A stretch of 63,968 nt of DNA, counting the filler, from Octopus bimaculoides (taxonomy: Eukaryota): the NCBI RefSeq assembly GCF_001194135.2. It is 6 parts of 6 records of this genome, joined end to end, with 100 filler letters (N's around TTAATTAATTAA, not from the genome) between each part and the next. Parts side by side here need not be neighbours in the genome. Positions count along the whole stretch, not along the records: positions 39,566 to 52,797 come from NC_068989.1; positions 52,898 to 58,234 come from NC_068992.1; positions 58,335 to 62,650 come from NC_068994.1; positions 62,751 to 63,968 come from NC_068985.1; 2 more parts are not named here. One strand, written 5' to 3'. The notes under the pieces were generated by a model. The model was given only the letters and a program-made list of their open reading frames with translations, was not told the DNA's origin and ran no database searches. Numbering within the stretch: position 1 is the stretch's first letter; each line of letters begins with the position of its first letter. Positions 49,105 through 62,876 of this stretch are shown piece after piece. The position numbers were made by a program, and so were the translations under genes.

Positions 49105-49573
49105 TGTGTCTGCGTGAGTGTGCCTGTCGCAGAGAGTGTGAAAATACAAAGAAGTTAGCTTGTGATTTCTTTACTCGCGTGTATGTTTCTGATGTGGAGT
49201 GATGACGAACTTGTCATCCTCGCACCTGTACTCTAAGGCAAATATTTTACTACCGTGTTGAATTCTATAATAACCGGAATTACCTCAGCGGTGATGTGCA
49301 ATATCTGTGCGTGTGTATTTCTATGTAATGTATGTATGTATATATGCCTGCTTGCATATATGTATGTATGCTTGTATGCATGTATGTATGCATGTATGCA
49401 TGTAAGGATGGATGGATGGATAGATGGGTGGATATCTTATTTGGGTAAAGAATTCGGCAGATTTTGAGCAGAGCCGGACCAAATCGAATTCACAAATCAC
49501 ACCAGATCGAATTCCTAAATTGCAGCGTTCTATCTATATGTTTACCTATCTATCTGTTTATCTATCTATCTGT

Positions 49574-49638
<65 letters not shown>

Positions 49639-49660
49639 GGTCTCTCTATCGGTCTCTCTA

Positions 49661-49691
<31 letters not shown>

Positions 49692-49703
49692 TTCTCTCTC
49701 TCT

Positions 49704-49751
<48 letters not shown>

Positions 49752-50346
49752 ATTTATCTATCTATCTGTATGTACAATATCATCACCCATTTGTGCCGTC
49801 ACGGGCCGGTGCCTTGCATATGCAAAATTTTGCGCTAATAGCCTGTGAGGCGCCGCGCGATAGAAAAATCTGCAGATACGTCCGCACAGTTACGTACGCC
49901 CACACACATATATGCCATATTACAAACACACAAGCACGTCTGAACACCGACTCGTACACATCCACGCACGCCCACATATACATATTTACTAACATGCGCG
50001 CGCATGTAACTGAATATTTGTAATGGCTTCATTGTGCATCTCAGTAACTCTTTGTTGCTTACTTACTTTTATTTAATGAGTCATCTTGCAAGTGGTTTTT
50101 ATTTCCTTCATTTAGACACCTTGGCGGTGAAATACCTGCCTAAATAATATGAGACGTCGAAACCAGTACAAGAATGTGGAGATATGTTCTGCTACTCAAA
50201 TATTCTCTCTAAAATGGAAGGACATTCCATATATATATATATATATATATATATCATACAAATTAAGTACAGGAGATCACCAACGAGCGAAGAACACGTA
50301 AACAAACGAGAGATAAGTACAAGACGGTATAAAAAAAAAAACGTGC

Positions 50347-50590
50347 CCTTTTAAAGCTTAGCCAGGCTCATGGGCCCGGTTTCCCGGTTTCAATGGCGTA
50401 TGTGCTCCCCCCAGCTGGACGGAACGCCAGTCCATCGTAGCGTTAATCATTTTTGCCAGTTGAGTGGACTGGAGCAACGTGAAATGAAGTGTTTTGCTCA
50501 AGAACACAACGCGTCGCCCGGTCCAGGAATCGAAACTACAATCTTACGATCATGATGCTGATACCTTAACCACTAAGGCACGCGCCTCCA
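50347..50590 (-). mobile_element. SINE, family-B-related
   Basis: Head ggaggcgcgtgccttagtggttaag...gtttcgattcctggaccgggcgacgcgttgtgttcttgagcaaaacact on the - strand; tail ccatgagcctggctaagctttaaaag. Confidence 0.75.
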
Positions 50591-50894
50591 CACAAGACGG
50601 TATACCAAAAAAGAAAAAAAAGACAAAATACTGAAAGAAGTCTAACTCCTCCTCAGTTGTTGACTGTTAATTACTCCCTGTTTCAAGCTTTTAACGACAA
50701 GATAGGAGAACTTCATAAGACAGCAGCATCCAGAAATTTTGAATAAATAAAATTTCTGGACAGTTAGAGCTTTGGCTTTGAACAAACAAACAACGACAGA
50801 GTGGACGTACAGAGTAAACATTCGACAAAGACAAACATTAAGGGCCGTTAGGCCAAGACGCATTGTAATGGATAATGCATGGGAGAAACACATA

Positions 50895-51099
50895 CTCTTT
50901 TACTCTCTTTTACTTGTTTCAGTCATTTGACTGCGGCCATGCTGGGGCATTGCCTTTAGTCGAGCATATCGACTCCAGGACTTATTCTTTGGAAGCCTAG
51001 TACTTATTCTATCGGTCTCTTTTGCGGAACCGCTAAGTTACGGGGACATAAACACACCACCATCGGTTGTCAAGCGATGTTGAGGAGACTGACACGCAA

Positions 51100-51143
<44 letters not shown>

Positions 51144-51288
51144 AGATATACACATATATATATATACGACGGGCTTTTTTCAGTTTCCGTCTACCAAATC
51201 CACTCACAAGGCTTTGGTCGGCCCGAGGCTATAGCAGAAGGCACTTGCCCAAGGTGCCACGCAGTGGGAATGAACCCGGAACCATGTT
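50895..51288 (-). mobile_element. SINE family A, head truncated
   Basis: High identity to 1433-1790; internal (CA)n expanded. Confidence 0.88.
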
Positions 51289-51336
51289 TACGGTAAAATT
51301 CAATTCTTGCAATAGTTTAACTTCTATTACTGAAAG

Positions 51337-51537
51337 ATGCAGGCGTTGCTGTATGGTTAAGAAACTGATATTGGTTTGTTTACATCCCCGTAACTTAGCG
51401 GTTCCGTAAACGAAACCGATAGGATTATGTACAAGACTAAATAAAAGCATAAGTGCTGAGATCAATTTATTCGACTAAACTCGTCGAGGTGGTGCCCCAG
51501 CATGACCGCAGTCCAATGGCTGAAGCAATTAAAAGAT
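51337..51537 (+). mobile_element. SINE family A, internally deleted and diverged
   Basis: Degenerate head joined directly to gtttacatccccgtaacttagcggttc...gtggtgccccagcatgaccgcagtc. Confidence 0.65.
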
Positions 51538-52502
51538 AGAAAATTGATAATTTGGCTCGATCTGTTCAATTAGCTACGATAGTACCCCAAAATCACACCT
51601 TACTCTAACGATGAACACTCTGGATAATGAAGTCCTAGATATACAAGAACAGAGAATGGCCATGGCTAGAACGCATTTAATCATAATTCTGTTTTATCAT
51701 AGCTGACTTGGAAGCTACACAAGAATTTCGGCTGCCACTGAAATTTGCATTAATTCTAGTAGCGATCTGAAATGTCCGCGACAGCCATTCCAAAACAAGT
51801 AGCAAATTCTAAACCATTCTGTTTTCTTTTACCATAAAAAGTAGTCTTAGGCGTTGCCGTAAGAACTAATTTGGATAATATTAAGAAGTTTATGTTCCTC
51901 TAAGGTGATACAAACACTGAAACCTGCTTGTTTGAGAACGATATTAATAATTGGCCAATATGGTTTTTCTCTCTTTACCGCTTGTATATACTTCTACTAA
52001 GCTTGTTGCATTGCTCTATGCATTAAATACGTTAACACGAAATTATCAATAGCTATTTGCGTAGACGATGCTTTTGAATTACCGTATTTGCTGGCATATA
52101 ATGCTGACTTTCGTATAAGATTCACCTCGATTTTACAAATTTACTGTTTCATTATATTGAAAGATATTTTAAAATGATTTAGTGTTTGTATGTGGGAGAG
52201 ATGTATGATTCTGCACATATAAATATAATGCTATTACAGTATACTGGAATAAAGTATGAAACCATAAATTTATCATATTAACTGCGCTATACGAGCTCCA
52301 ATATTCAGATTTATCTTCTTTCAGATCAACTATATAATTGTTTATATTTTGGTTGAGAGAATTGTCACAAAGGATAAATAAAACGCATATTTCTATGGCG
52401 TATTACGTAACCGTGATTGGTCACTAGGTTGGTACACCGACATTATAGTTTTATTGTCATTTCAAAATAACTGATAGGTTTAACATTCCTTTAATTTTTC
52501 AA

Positions 52503-52596
52503 GAAGACACTTGCCCAAGGTGCCACGCAGTGGGACTGAACCCGGAACCATGTGGTTGGTAAGCAAGCTACTTACCACACAGCCACTCCTACGCCT
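52503..52596 (-). mobile_element. SINE family A, tRNA head only
   Basis: agaagacacttgcccaaggtgccacgcagtgggactgaacccggaaccatgtggttggtaagcaagctacttaccacacagccactcctacgcct. Confidence 0.85.
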
Positions 52597-53093
52597 GTAT
52601 ATATATATATATATATATATAATTTCCTCAAGTCTCCAACCTCAATTACGTTTTCCATGTATCAATAGTGAAGCAATGCAATTCAATTGTCTGACATAGT
52701 CAATTACTTGGGTGCTGATAAAGCTAACAAAAAGACTAAATGTCTGACAGCGAAGTTTCTTCTTAACGATGTTAATGCGTTTTCGAAGAGTCGTTTANNN
52801 NNNNNNNNNNNNNNNNNNNNNNNNNNNNNNNNNNNNNNNNNTTAATTAATTAANNNNNNNNNNNNNNNNNNNNNNNNNNNNNNNNNNNNNNNNNNNNTTC
52901 TAGAATAATTTGAAATAACCTATAATAATGATAAAATAATAATTACAAATGAAATGAAATAGATTCAATTTATATTTTTAGTATTGATTTGCGATCAATC
53001 CATAAAATTAATTATAATCCAATAGGCAATGCAATATATGTGCGTGGTATGTATGCATATACATGTGTGTATATACGTGTGTGTTTGTTTATC

Positions 53094-53162
<69 letters not shown>

Positions 53163-53288
53163 TTGTCTGTCTGTCTGTCTATCTGTCTGTCTATTTATAG
53201 GTATGTACATACACACACACACTCACACACACACAAATATATATGTATATGTATATATATATGTATATGTATATATACGTATATGCGA

Positions 53289-53432
53289 AGGCGTGAGTGC
53301 GTGTTAAATAGCTTACTTCCCAACCACATAGTTCTGGGTTCAGTCAGACTGCGTGCCATTGGGCAAGTATAGCTTCGCGCCGATCAAAGCTTTGTGAGTG
53401 GATTTGTTAGACGGAAACTGAAAGAAGCTTGT
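53289..53432 (+). mobile_element. SINE family A, 5' half, diverged
   Basis: ccaaccacatagttctgggttcagtc...gggcaagt...aaagctttgtgagtggatttgttagacggaaactgaaagaagc. Confidence 0.75.
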
Positions 53433-53489
53433 AGAATATATATATATATATTGATATAGATATAGATATAGATATACATNNNNNNNNNN

Positions 53490-53547
<58 letters not shown>

Positions 53548-54578
53548 GCACACATATATAAATATATATATGTATATGTATATGTATACACACACACACA
53601 CATATATGCACCTATCTCATTGTTAGAACTACAGAGCTTCGAATGTAGTTATATCTCATAGACGGACTTCAGAGTACAATGCTGATGCATATTTGATGCC
53701 ACTGCATTTCACTCTTTGAATAAATATCTTAAAGAAAGACAGGAGAACCCCTTCTATCCCATTTATGTACCCACTAAAACATTCAGTGTCTATACCCATT
53801 GTTAAATATGTCATTCATGGACCTTCGTCCTAAATCTGTGTACGGATCATTTTTAATGCAGATCGAAGAACACGTGGAAATGTCACTTAAGCTACCGTCT
53901 ATTTTTCTGTAATATCCGTAATGAAAGTCATGATGAGGAGAACAAAAGGACAATCTCCTACTTGTTTGTATAAGAGCTGCACTAATTATAATTTATATTT
54001 TCACATCTTTGGTGTTAAGATTAAGTCAATATAATATATACACACACACACAAACTCACACAGATACATACACACACTTATATATGCATGTGTGTGTGTG
54101 TACATGTACATGTACATGTATATACATACATACATATGTGTATGTATGTATATATATGTATATATATATATATATATATATTGTATAGATATTAATAATG
54201 ACTATACATCTCTCTCTACTTCGTCCTCCCTCTATCGATCAATCAATCTATATGTCTGACTGCCTGTCTACCTATCTATTTGTCTGTTCGTCTGTCTGTC
54301 CACCTATCTATATAATTTGGTGTGGATCTTTTGTTGATGGAAATGCTTCAGGCTTTTGATGCTCCGATTATGATGCGACCATTATGCACGCAAAAACACA
54401 CACACACACACACACACAGACGTGTATATANNNNNNNNNNNNNNNNNNNNNNNNNNNNNNNNNNNNNNNNNNNNNNNNNNNNNNNNNNNNNNNNNNNNNN
54501 NNNNNNNNNNNNNNNNNNNNNNNNNNNNNNNNNNNTATATATATATATATATATATATATGCGTGTGTGCATATATAA

Positions 54579-54610
<32 letters not shown>

Positions 54611-56195
54611 GTATATACATATATATACATATATATATATGTATTTACATATGCGTCTGTGGTATATACACATAGCCTATATTCTATTCTAAATTCCTTG
54701 TAATAAAGCATTACAATTAGAATTGTTACTAAAATTGTTACGTAGTTCTCATTTCTAAACTTTGGAGAAATAGGAAATATGATTAGTCTATTTTTACAAT
54801 ACAGCTCCTGGTAAATACACCTCAATTGTCTTTCATCTCTATTGTCAAAAAAATCAACTCTATAATTATTCTAATGATGAACTTGTTTGTATTGCAATCA
54901 TGGAGACAATTTCCACCATAGTACTTTTGCAACATGTTAAATGTGTGCCACATTCTTTAGTAAATATGATCAAAGATAGTATTTTCAAATTACACGTGTT
55001 ATATATAATGATATATTGCTATCATCGAACAATTATTTTCATAACTACTGTTAGAATTACAGAAATAACAAACCAAAACAATACGGTTTTTAAATCAATA
55101 TTTTATTTTCTATTGCTAACATAGCTAATCTATGTGTATTTATTGTTGGATAGTGTACTACATTACATTTCCTATTATTTCACAATCAGCATCTGATCAA
55201 TGTCTAGTCAACAGATGAAAACTAAATGCTGCGGAGAAACCAGAGTAAACGGTTTAACTAGAAACATAATGCAATTGCCTATATTAGGTTGCAATCACCT
55301 CATTGTCCTTGAGCAAGAAGTCTGATACTTTAGTTACCAAAGGATTACCATTGTTAAGGAATGGTTCATTGGCGGTTTTAGGCTAATTTCATTCCAAAGG
55401 GAGAACAGTGATTCCTTTGAAACTGAAAGGTAATTATTAGTTCCAAGTATGATTGGATATGAAAGTGTTGGGAAATAATCTCTTGCACATTCTCAGCCAT
55501 TACGTAATAACAATTTCAATGAGATAAAATTTAACTTTCTCGCGTACAAAGCACTTCAATGGCAGTCTTATTCACTGAAGTGACGCTCTCGTGCCTCAAA
55601 AAGGCCTGTAATTACATCAGGAAATAGCTCGTTTGCTACATGCTTGTTGTAACCATTTTGTTAAATCATTACCTATGCAAGTCGCTGGCATAACTAATGT
55701 TTAAAGACAGGTGATATCCTTCTATTATACTGAAATAATTCATTGTTCGTATTGGGTTAATGCTACACTATACAAGTTCTTGTCAAACATAATTGCATAC
55801 GTGAATACAAAACAAATGAGCTTAGGAGGATTATTTTAAAGAAGGAAAAATGCCATAAAACCGTTTAGTTTTTTTGAAAATAGAAGACTTGAAGTGAGAA
55901 TTATAAAGCGAAAGACACTGTGGGGCTTCAACGGAAATTGTACAGTTCTGTTACAACGTGTATAAAAATATAAGCATGCAAAATAGGAATAGAAAAAGGA
56001 ATAGAAAGGGTGTGAGGAGAAACGGGTAAAAGGAAATACATATTATAGAACGTTTATCTGATTGTATTAAACAACTCTCTAAAAGGCGTTATGAAATTTA
56101 GACTGAAATGTGGTAGCTAAGTACCGTTCGCTGAAATAGACAGAAAGATACAAACACACACATGTCGATATAAATGATATGTATGTATGTTATGT

Positions 56196-56425
56196 GGAGG
56201 CGCAATGGCCCAGTGGTTAGGGCAGCGGACTCGTGGTCATAGGATCGCGGTTTCGATTCCCAGACCGGGCGTTGTGAGTGTTTATTGAGCGAAAACACTT
56301 AAAGCTCCACGAGGCTCTAGCAGGGGATGGTGGCGAACCCTGCTGTACTCTTTCACCACAACTTTCTCTCACTCTTACTTCCTGTTTCTGTTGTGCCTGT
56401 AATTCAAAGGGTCAGCCTTGTCACA
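56196..56425 (+). mobile_element. tRNA-derived SINE, family B (runs into gap)
   Basis: ggaggcgcaatggcccagtggttagggcagcggactc...ggtttcgattcccagaccgggcg with A and B boxes; the same head occurs as a fragment at 2947-2982. Confidence 0.8.
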
Positions 56426-57335
56426 NNNNNNNNNNNNNNNNNNNNNNNNNNNNNNNNNNNNNNNNNNNNNNNNNNNNNNNNNNNNNNNNNNNNNNNNNNN
56501 NNNNNNNNNNNNNNNNNNNNNNNNNNNNNNNNNNNNNNNNNNNNNNNNNNNNNNNNNNNNNNNNNNNNNNNNNNNNNNNNNNNNNNNNNNNNNNNNNNNN
56601 NNNNNNNNNNNNNNNNNNNNNNNNNNNNNNNNNNNNNNNNNNNNNNNNNNNNNNNNNNNNNNNNNNNNNNNNNNNNNNNNNNNNNNNNNNNNNNNNNNNN
56701 NNNNNNNNNNNNNNNNNNNNNNNNNNNNNNNNNNNNNNNNNNNNNNNNNNNNNNNNNNNNNNNNNNNNNNNNNNNNNNNNNNNNNNNNNNNNNNNNNNNN
56801 NNNNNNNNNNNNNNNNNNNNNNNNNNNNNNNNNNNNNNNNNNNNNNNNNNNNNNNNNNNNNNNNNNNNNNNNNNNNNNNNNNNNNNNNNNNNNNNNNNNN
56901 NNNNNNNNNNNNNNNNNNNNNNNNNNNNNNNNNNNNNNNNNNNNNNNNNNNNNNNNNNNNNNNNNNNNNNNNNNNNNNNNNNNNNNNNNNNNNNNNNNNN
57001 NNNNNNNNNNNNNNNNNNNNNNNNNNNNNNNNNNNNNNNNNNNNNNNNNNNNNNNNNNNNNNNNNNNNNNNNNNNNNNNNNNNNNNNNNNNNNNNNNNNN
57101 NNNNNNNNNNNNNNNNNNNNNNNNNNNNNNNNNNNNNNNNNNNNNNNNNNNNNNNNNNNNNNNNNNNNNNNNNNNNNNNNNNNNNNNNNNNNNNNNNNNN
57201 NNNNNNNNNNNNNNNNNNNNNNNNNNNNNNNNNNNNNNNNNNNNNNNNNNNNNNNNNNNNNNNNNNNNNNNNNNNNNNNNNNNNNNNNNNNNNNNNNNNN
57301 NNNNNNNNNNNNNNNNNNNNNNNNNNNNNNNNNNN

Positions 57336-57368
<33 letters not shown>

Positions 57369-58190
57369 GCAAACCTGACATCATAATGACAAATTATATG
57401 ACTCGGTGCCAGTACACGTTACTCAGTCCAGATTCCACTTATGTATATATGTATACCTGGACCGGATAATTTCTAATTGCATTGAGACATGCAATTTGTC
57501 ATAATGATGTCAAACCAGATAGTATTCTTTTGAAGTACTTTAATACGTACGGATCAAATCTGTCTAATAAATAATAGGTAATACATCCACTACTTTAGAC
57601 TTCGCTTCGCTGATGCATTTCCTATTATATTTCATACACCTCTTGAATCGTACTATCAACTGAATCAAAAATAACTAGTAGTTGAGTTGACTTCATTATG
57701 GCTCAACGCCAGAACAGCCTAGCTAATCCAGCCCTCAATTATAAGGATACTCTAACACCATTTGGAGTACTTTGTTATTTTTGACTTGAGTCGAAAAGTC
57801 TCATATCGTGTATCGCTACTAAGTAAAACACAATAGATAAACCCCTCACACATATATATGTGTGTGTGTGTATGTATGTGTAGATATATTCATATATGTA
57901 AATATATATATAAATATATATCTGTATGTGTGTTATATAGATGTATATGTATATATATGTATTATGCATATATATATGTGTATATATATTTCTATGTTTG
58001 AGTATATATGTATATGTATATATATATTTATGTATATCTAGGCAGGTATCCATGTATGTATATACATAATTTTGCATAGGCAGAATAATTCAAACGGGTA
58101 TAAGCTTTGAGATTTTCGTGCGTAGCACTTATCACGAAACATTCGCCTCTTCAATCACTCTTCTATCTTTCTGCCACAATGAGAACCATA

Positions 58191-58234
<44 letters not shown>

Positions 58235-60129
58235 NNNNNNNNNNNNNNNNNNNNNNNNNNNNNNNNNNNNNNNNNNNNTTAATTAATTAANNNNNNNNNN
58301 NNNNNNNNNNNNNNNNNNNNNNNNNNNNNNNNNNTTCACAGTTACTACTGAATCACATTCTGTAATTCACTATTTGATGAAAAGGAAGAAAAAGATAAAT
58401 ACTAAAAAAACGCTAACTAAATGAGTTGTTGCCCTTTGATCCTGACCTAAAAAAAAAAAGTCAAACAATTGATGCCCAACAGACTAAGCTGAAAAAATAA
58501 TTTTCTTCCTCACATTCACCTTCTAATTCCTAATACTTAGTGTCATTCTCCTATTAAACATTAGCTAATTTAATCACAATTATACATTCAGTAATTTAGT
58601 GATTCACTGGAACAGTAAAATTACAAATTTTGAAATTAAGTGAAATTATATTTTCCCTAAAATTTACCATTCTAGATGGTCTTTAAATAATATTTATATT
58701 CCAGATTTGAGGAATGGAAATCATGACAAAGTACAAATATCTGTGAAAAGAATAAGTAAACTTATTCTATTATTACATCCTGTATGTAACAATAGACTGA
58801 ACTTGTGATTAAATAAACCATTTGAGAAACAAATAAAAGATTACACAACAGAATAAGTTTTAATAAGTACTTACCAACAGGTATCAGTTATTTATATAGT
58901 TGTTGCTGTGCTGTTTCAGTGTTTTGGTAACAAAGTTATATTAGTAGCAGAAGTTCTGAGCAGTTTGGTATGTGATAGTGTTATGTAGTTCTATGAAGTT
59001 GGCTGTGTAGTATGTAATGTGTGTTGTAGCCAATGACAAGCTGTCTTTTATTCCAATGCAAGGAAACGGAAATACAGCCTCCAACTTTTTTAGTTAATGA
59101 TGGGCTGACTCAGAGACTGATTTACTTAACCCACACCCACTTACATATACATGTGTATGTGTGTTAGTACATCTTAAATGAATAAGGAAGAAATGTCTAA
59201 TGATTAGAATGAAGTGGACAGGCAATAAATTCAGCATGGAAAATATTGTTTCAAAATAATGCTAATATAAATGTGTAAAAGTATAAGGAACCTAACTTTA
59301 GTAACTTTATGTTAGAAATTGCACATAACTTTCAGAAAGATATGATGGAACCAAAATAAAATTAATTAGTATAAAAATAGATATTTTGAAATATATTAAC
59401 ATAATAAAACACCAGTGGAATCACCAATAAAAGTTTTTTAGAAAATACGAAACTATGGCTATCAATAAACTTATTTGTGTGAAGTAGAACACTGAAGAAA
59501 AGCAGAATGAGATAATGAGCAGAAAGAAGGATATTTAAGATTTGCGTCACCAAACTTCTGCATTTGTTAAATTAAAGTGACATACTTCATTTTGGATTTA
59601 ATAGATTTCCTCAGAATTAATAGTAATATTGAAGAATTTCATAAAGAACACAAGTACAAGGCAACTACTAATAGATATAACTTGTACAAAATCCTGCAGT
59701 GAAATATTCTATAAATTTCATCTAGGAGCCTTGGAAAGTGTAAATGGATAGCATTAAAGAATATAAATATAAGGTTCTTGAGATTTACTATTCTAGAAAT
59801 GGATTTTCAGAAACATTAGAATGTTGATTAAAAATGTTTGCCGTATTTTGTTACAAATTATTATGTATTGTGCTTAAATTGCTATGAGGTTAACATTTTA
59901 TCAACATAAAGAATGAGATTAGATACAAACCAAATAATTGGGTTGATTTACGGTAAGTTAAAATCTGAAAACTAACAGAAACTAATTAATAAAACATTAT
60001 TGATGCATGTTCTACTATAAAATGAAATATTGTTATATTATTAATATTTTCTATTAATGTATTCCTTACTGAAAATGTATTGCCTGTTTTGAGAAAATAA
60101 TGCTTTTTTATGTTCTTGAAATTATGCTA

Positions 60130-60458
60130 TTAGACGTTTGTTACAGATAGAGGAGGAGGAGGTACCTGGGGTGATGAAGGTACCTTTGGTAGTGTTGTTA
60201 TTTTGGGTACAGTTGGCAGAGATGGTTTACAGTCTGAAGTAAACTGACTTCTCACTGGTACTGTAGAATGTTGTTCAGTTATGTTAGATGCAGACCCAGT
60301 TATAGATAAAGGTATTTGGTCATTTGAGAAGGAAGTGTTATTATCGACATTTGGTTGATAGCGATATCCATATTTGTTATCTCCCCTTGTTCTGTTGAGA
60401 GTGTGTTGCAGTTGATTTCTTCTAGTCCATGTTTGGTCACTTTGATATTGGCACAGAT
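60130..60458 (-). CDS. PCDH: Protocadherin terminal coding exon (Ser/Thr/Pro-rich tail)
   Basis: Acceptor aatatttttag| in phase 1; G+AT = Asp joins in frame to LCQYQSDQTW...PQVPPPPLSVTNV*. All three exons splice into about 268 aa with no stop. Confidence 0.75.
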
Positions 60459-61048
60459 CTAAAAATATTGAGAATTTATATAAATTGAATTTGCAATAAA
60501 AAATAAAATTCTCTAAAATTTCTTTCATGCATGTAATTATTCTACATCTGTGTAGGTCTGCTCAAAAGTTTAAATTTCTATTCGACAACTTGTTAATTTA
60601 TTGCTAATGAAGAATATAATTAATTACAGATGTTTCTCACATTAATATTCACATTCTTGATTATGGATGAGTCATGAGAAGGAATTTTGGAAGAAGAATA
60701 TATGTGAATAAATTTTAATAGAACTTTTTATACAATCAATATCTTGATCCCTATTTTTGAAACTGTTACGAATGAACAATACTCGTTAATTTGAAATTAA
60801 ATCATAATCCTGTATATTTGGAGACTGATGGAATGAAAGCTCCATTCTTTGAAAAGCAATGGATGGATTAGTTACAGAAAGAGCCTTTATGTGTAAAGCA
60901 TTGCCATAATATTCTACTCATCTAATTCATGTTAACGTAAGAAAAATGAACAAACTAAATTAAATATATGTATTACAATCTCATTAGGAAATATATTTAA
61001 TTTAAATGTTTCTTATATCTGAAGAAATTCTTGGTATTTTAAACTTAC

Positions 61049-61199
61049 CTGACAGTTCTTCATAATGTCCAGCACTGCCAACACTCCAGCCTTGACCACT
61101 ATCAGTGTGAGATGACAATGTTGACATCTCACTGAATTGGTCAGGATTGTTTAGTTCTCTGTAACCTGGAGACATACTTTCTTCTTGGGGAATAAACAT
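61049..61199 (-). CDS. PCDH: Protocadherin cytoplasmic exon with conserved DSGxG motif
   Basis: Acceptor tatttatag| (phase 0, matches the previous donor); 151 nt encoding MFIPQEESMSPGYRELNNPDQFSEMSTLSSHTDSGQGWSVGSAGHYEELS; donor TCAG|gtaagt (phase 1). S-x-x-DSG-x-G-x-S is the conserved protocadherin cytoplasmic motif. Confidence 0.8.
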
Positions 61200-62321
61200 C
61201 TATAAATATAAATCCAATGGATCATCATGATGTTCTGGACATTCAAATGAAGAAATACATTTCAAAAATTTAGACAATTTTAAGGAACCTTCATTTTGGA
61301 TGTTAATTTCTAATCTTTCTGTACTCTAAAATCTAAACTTTCTGAAATCTACAAATCAATTGCTAGAAAGTTGACCTCAAAACATCAGTAAGAATATTGG
61401 AAGCAATTTTCAGTATATCTTATTTACTCTATCTCCAGGATATCTATATAAATCACCACCTCCGACTGCTATGACTTTTGAATTTATAATATTCAAAGAA
61501 GCCTACATTAGTAAGCAAGAAACATATATTAAGTGATTTAGTTAGCCTAATAAACTGAGGATAATAACAAGTAGAGGAAATAATTCAATATGAAAACAGC
61601 AGTCAAGTTCCAAACTAACTTTTCAAATTGTATATGATAGTTCATGAATATCATCCCAGTAACATAGGAAAACTATTCTACAAATTAAGATAGCAAACCT
61701 ATTTTATTCATGTCAAATGCTTACTGCATTTGTACAGATAAATTTACAATTGCTTAAAATATTGTGTATATAATATTCCTCCAACCATAAAGACTGCAAG
61801 TGTCAATAAAGATTTGTTACTTCTTAATTTCTTATGCAGCATTCACATGATGTTTTTCTAGGAATACCCAAAATTGAAAAGAATGCAAGAATACATTTGG
61901 AAAAGATAGATGAACGATAAGGAGAATGATTTAAATGTAAAATAGTCGGAGTGGTCACCATCATCTTTTAATATCAGCTCTCCATGCTCACATTGGATGG
62001 ACAGTATGACAGGGGTTAGCTAGCTTGAGAGCTGTCCATGATCCATCTCTCTATTTTTCTATAGTTTCTATGAAGGAACACCCATCCTAACATCAATCAC
62101 TTAACACAGTGGGTGCTTTTACATGGCCCCAACATGGGTACTCTTATGTGGATCCTCTACAGGCTATTTTGCATGACACCTGCAAAGGTGTATTTACATA
62201 GTTCCAAAATGATTGCTCTCAAATATATATAACGTTTATATTTCATGCAGGAACACAGAAACAAATGAAACATACAGCTATAGTTTTTTCCTTGATATTT
62301 GAAAAAATATAAGCAATTTAC

Positions 62322-62650
62322 CTGTTGAGGTCTGTTTAAAGTAAAATCATTCCACTTATCACATGGCATGGTTCTGCAGTGAATATCTTCCCTGTCAACC
62401 TTTGATTGTTGAGATGGCTTCAGTTTCCTCGACATTGTGTACTGAACTCCAGGAGGAACACAAGTAGGATCAAATATATATTTTGATTGGATGTTTAATG
62501 CAGGTGTAACCTTGTGGTACATATCAACACTACTATCATAGTTGCTATCTGTCTGCTTCAGTCTATGAACTATACAGATTGATATAGAGATCACTATAAC
62601 AATCGATACTATCACAGCTGCTATAACAATAACAGTCATCACATTCAATT
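62322..62650 (-). CDS. PCDH: Protocadherin, 3' part of the large exon (transmembrane helix plus proximal cytoplasmic region), truncated by an assembly gap; symbol is family-level
   Basis: NVMTVIVIAAVIVSIVIVISISICIV transmembrane segment followed by HRLKQ...RPQQ. Phase-0 donor CAG|gtaaat at 62322/62321. The frame is open right up to the N gap at 62651. Confidence 0.75.
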
Positions 62651-62876
62651 NNNNNNNNNNNNNNNNNNNNNNNNNNNNNNNNNNNNNNNNNNNNTTAATT
62701 AATTAANNNNNNNNNNNNNNNNNNNNNNNNNNNNNNNNNNNNNNNNNNNNTACATACAGGTGGATGTCGGTATGCACATACCTGTACGTATATATGCATA
62801 TACTCATTTACTATTTGTTTATACATGACCGAACGCAGCGTCACCAATTTTGTAAGTATATATATATATATATATA

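Noticed and set aside
49790-50010. CpG-rich patch, possible promoter or enhancer
   Set aside because: Short, with no TSS evidence or diagnostic motif set.
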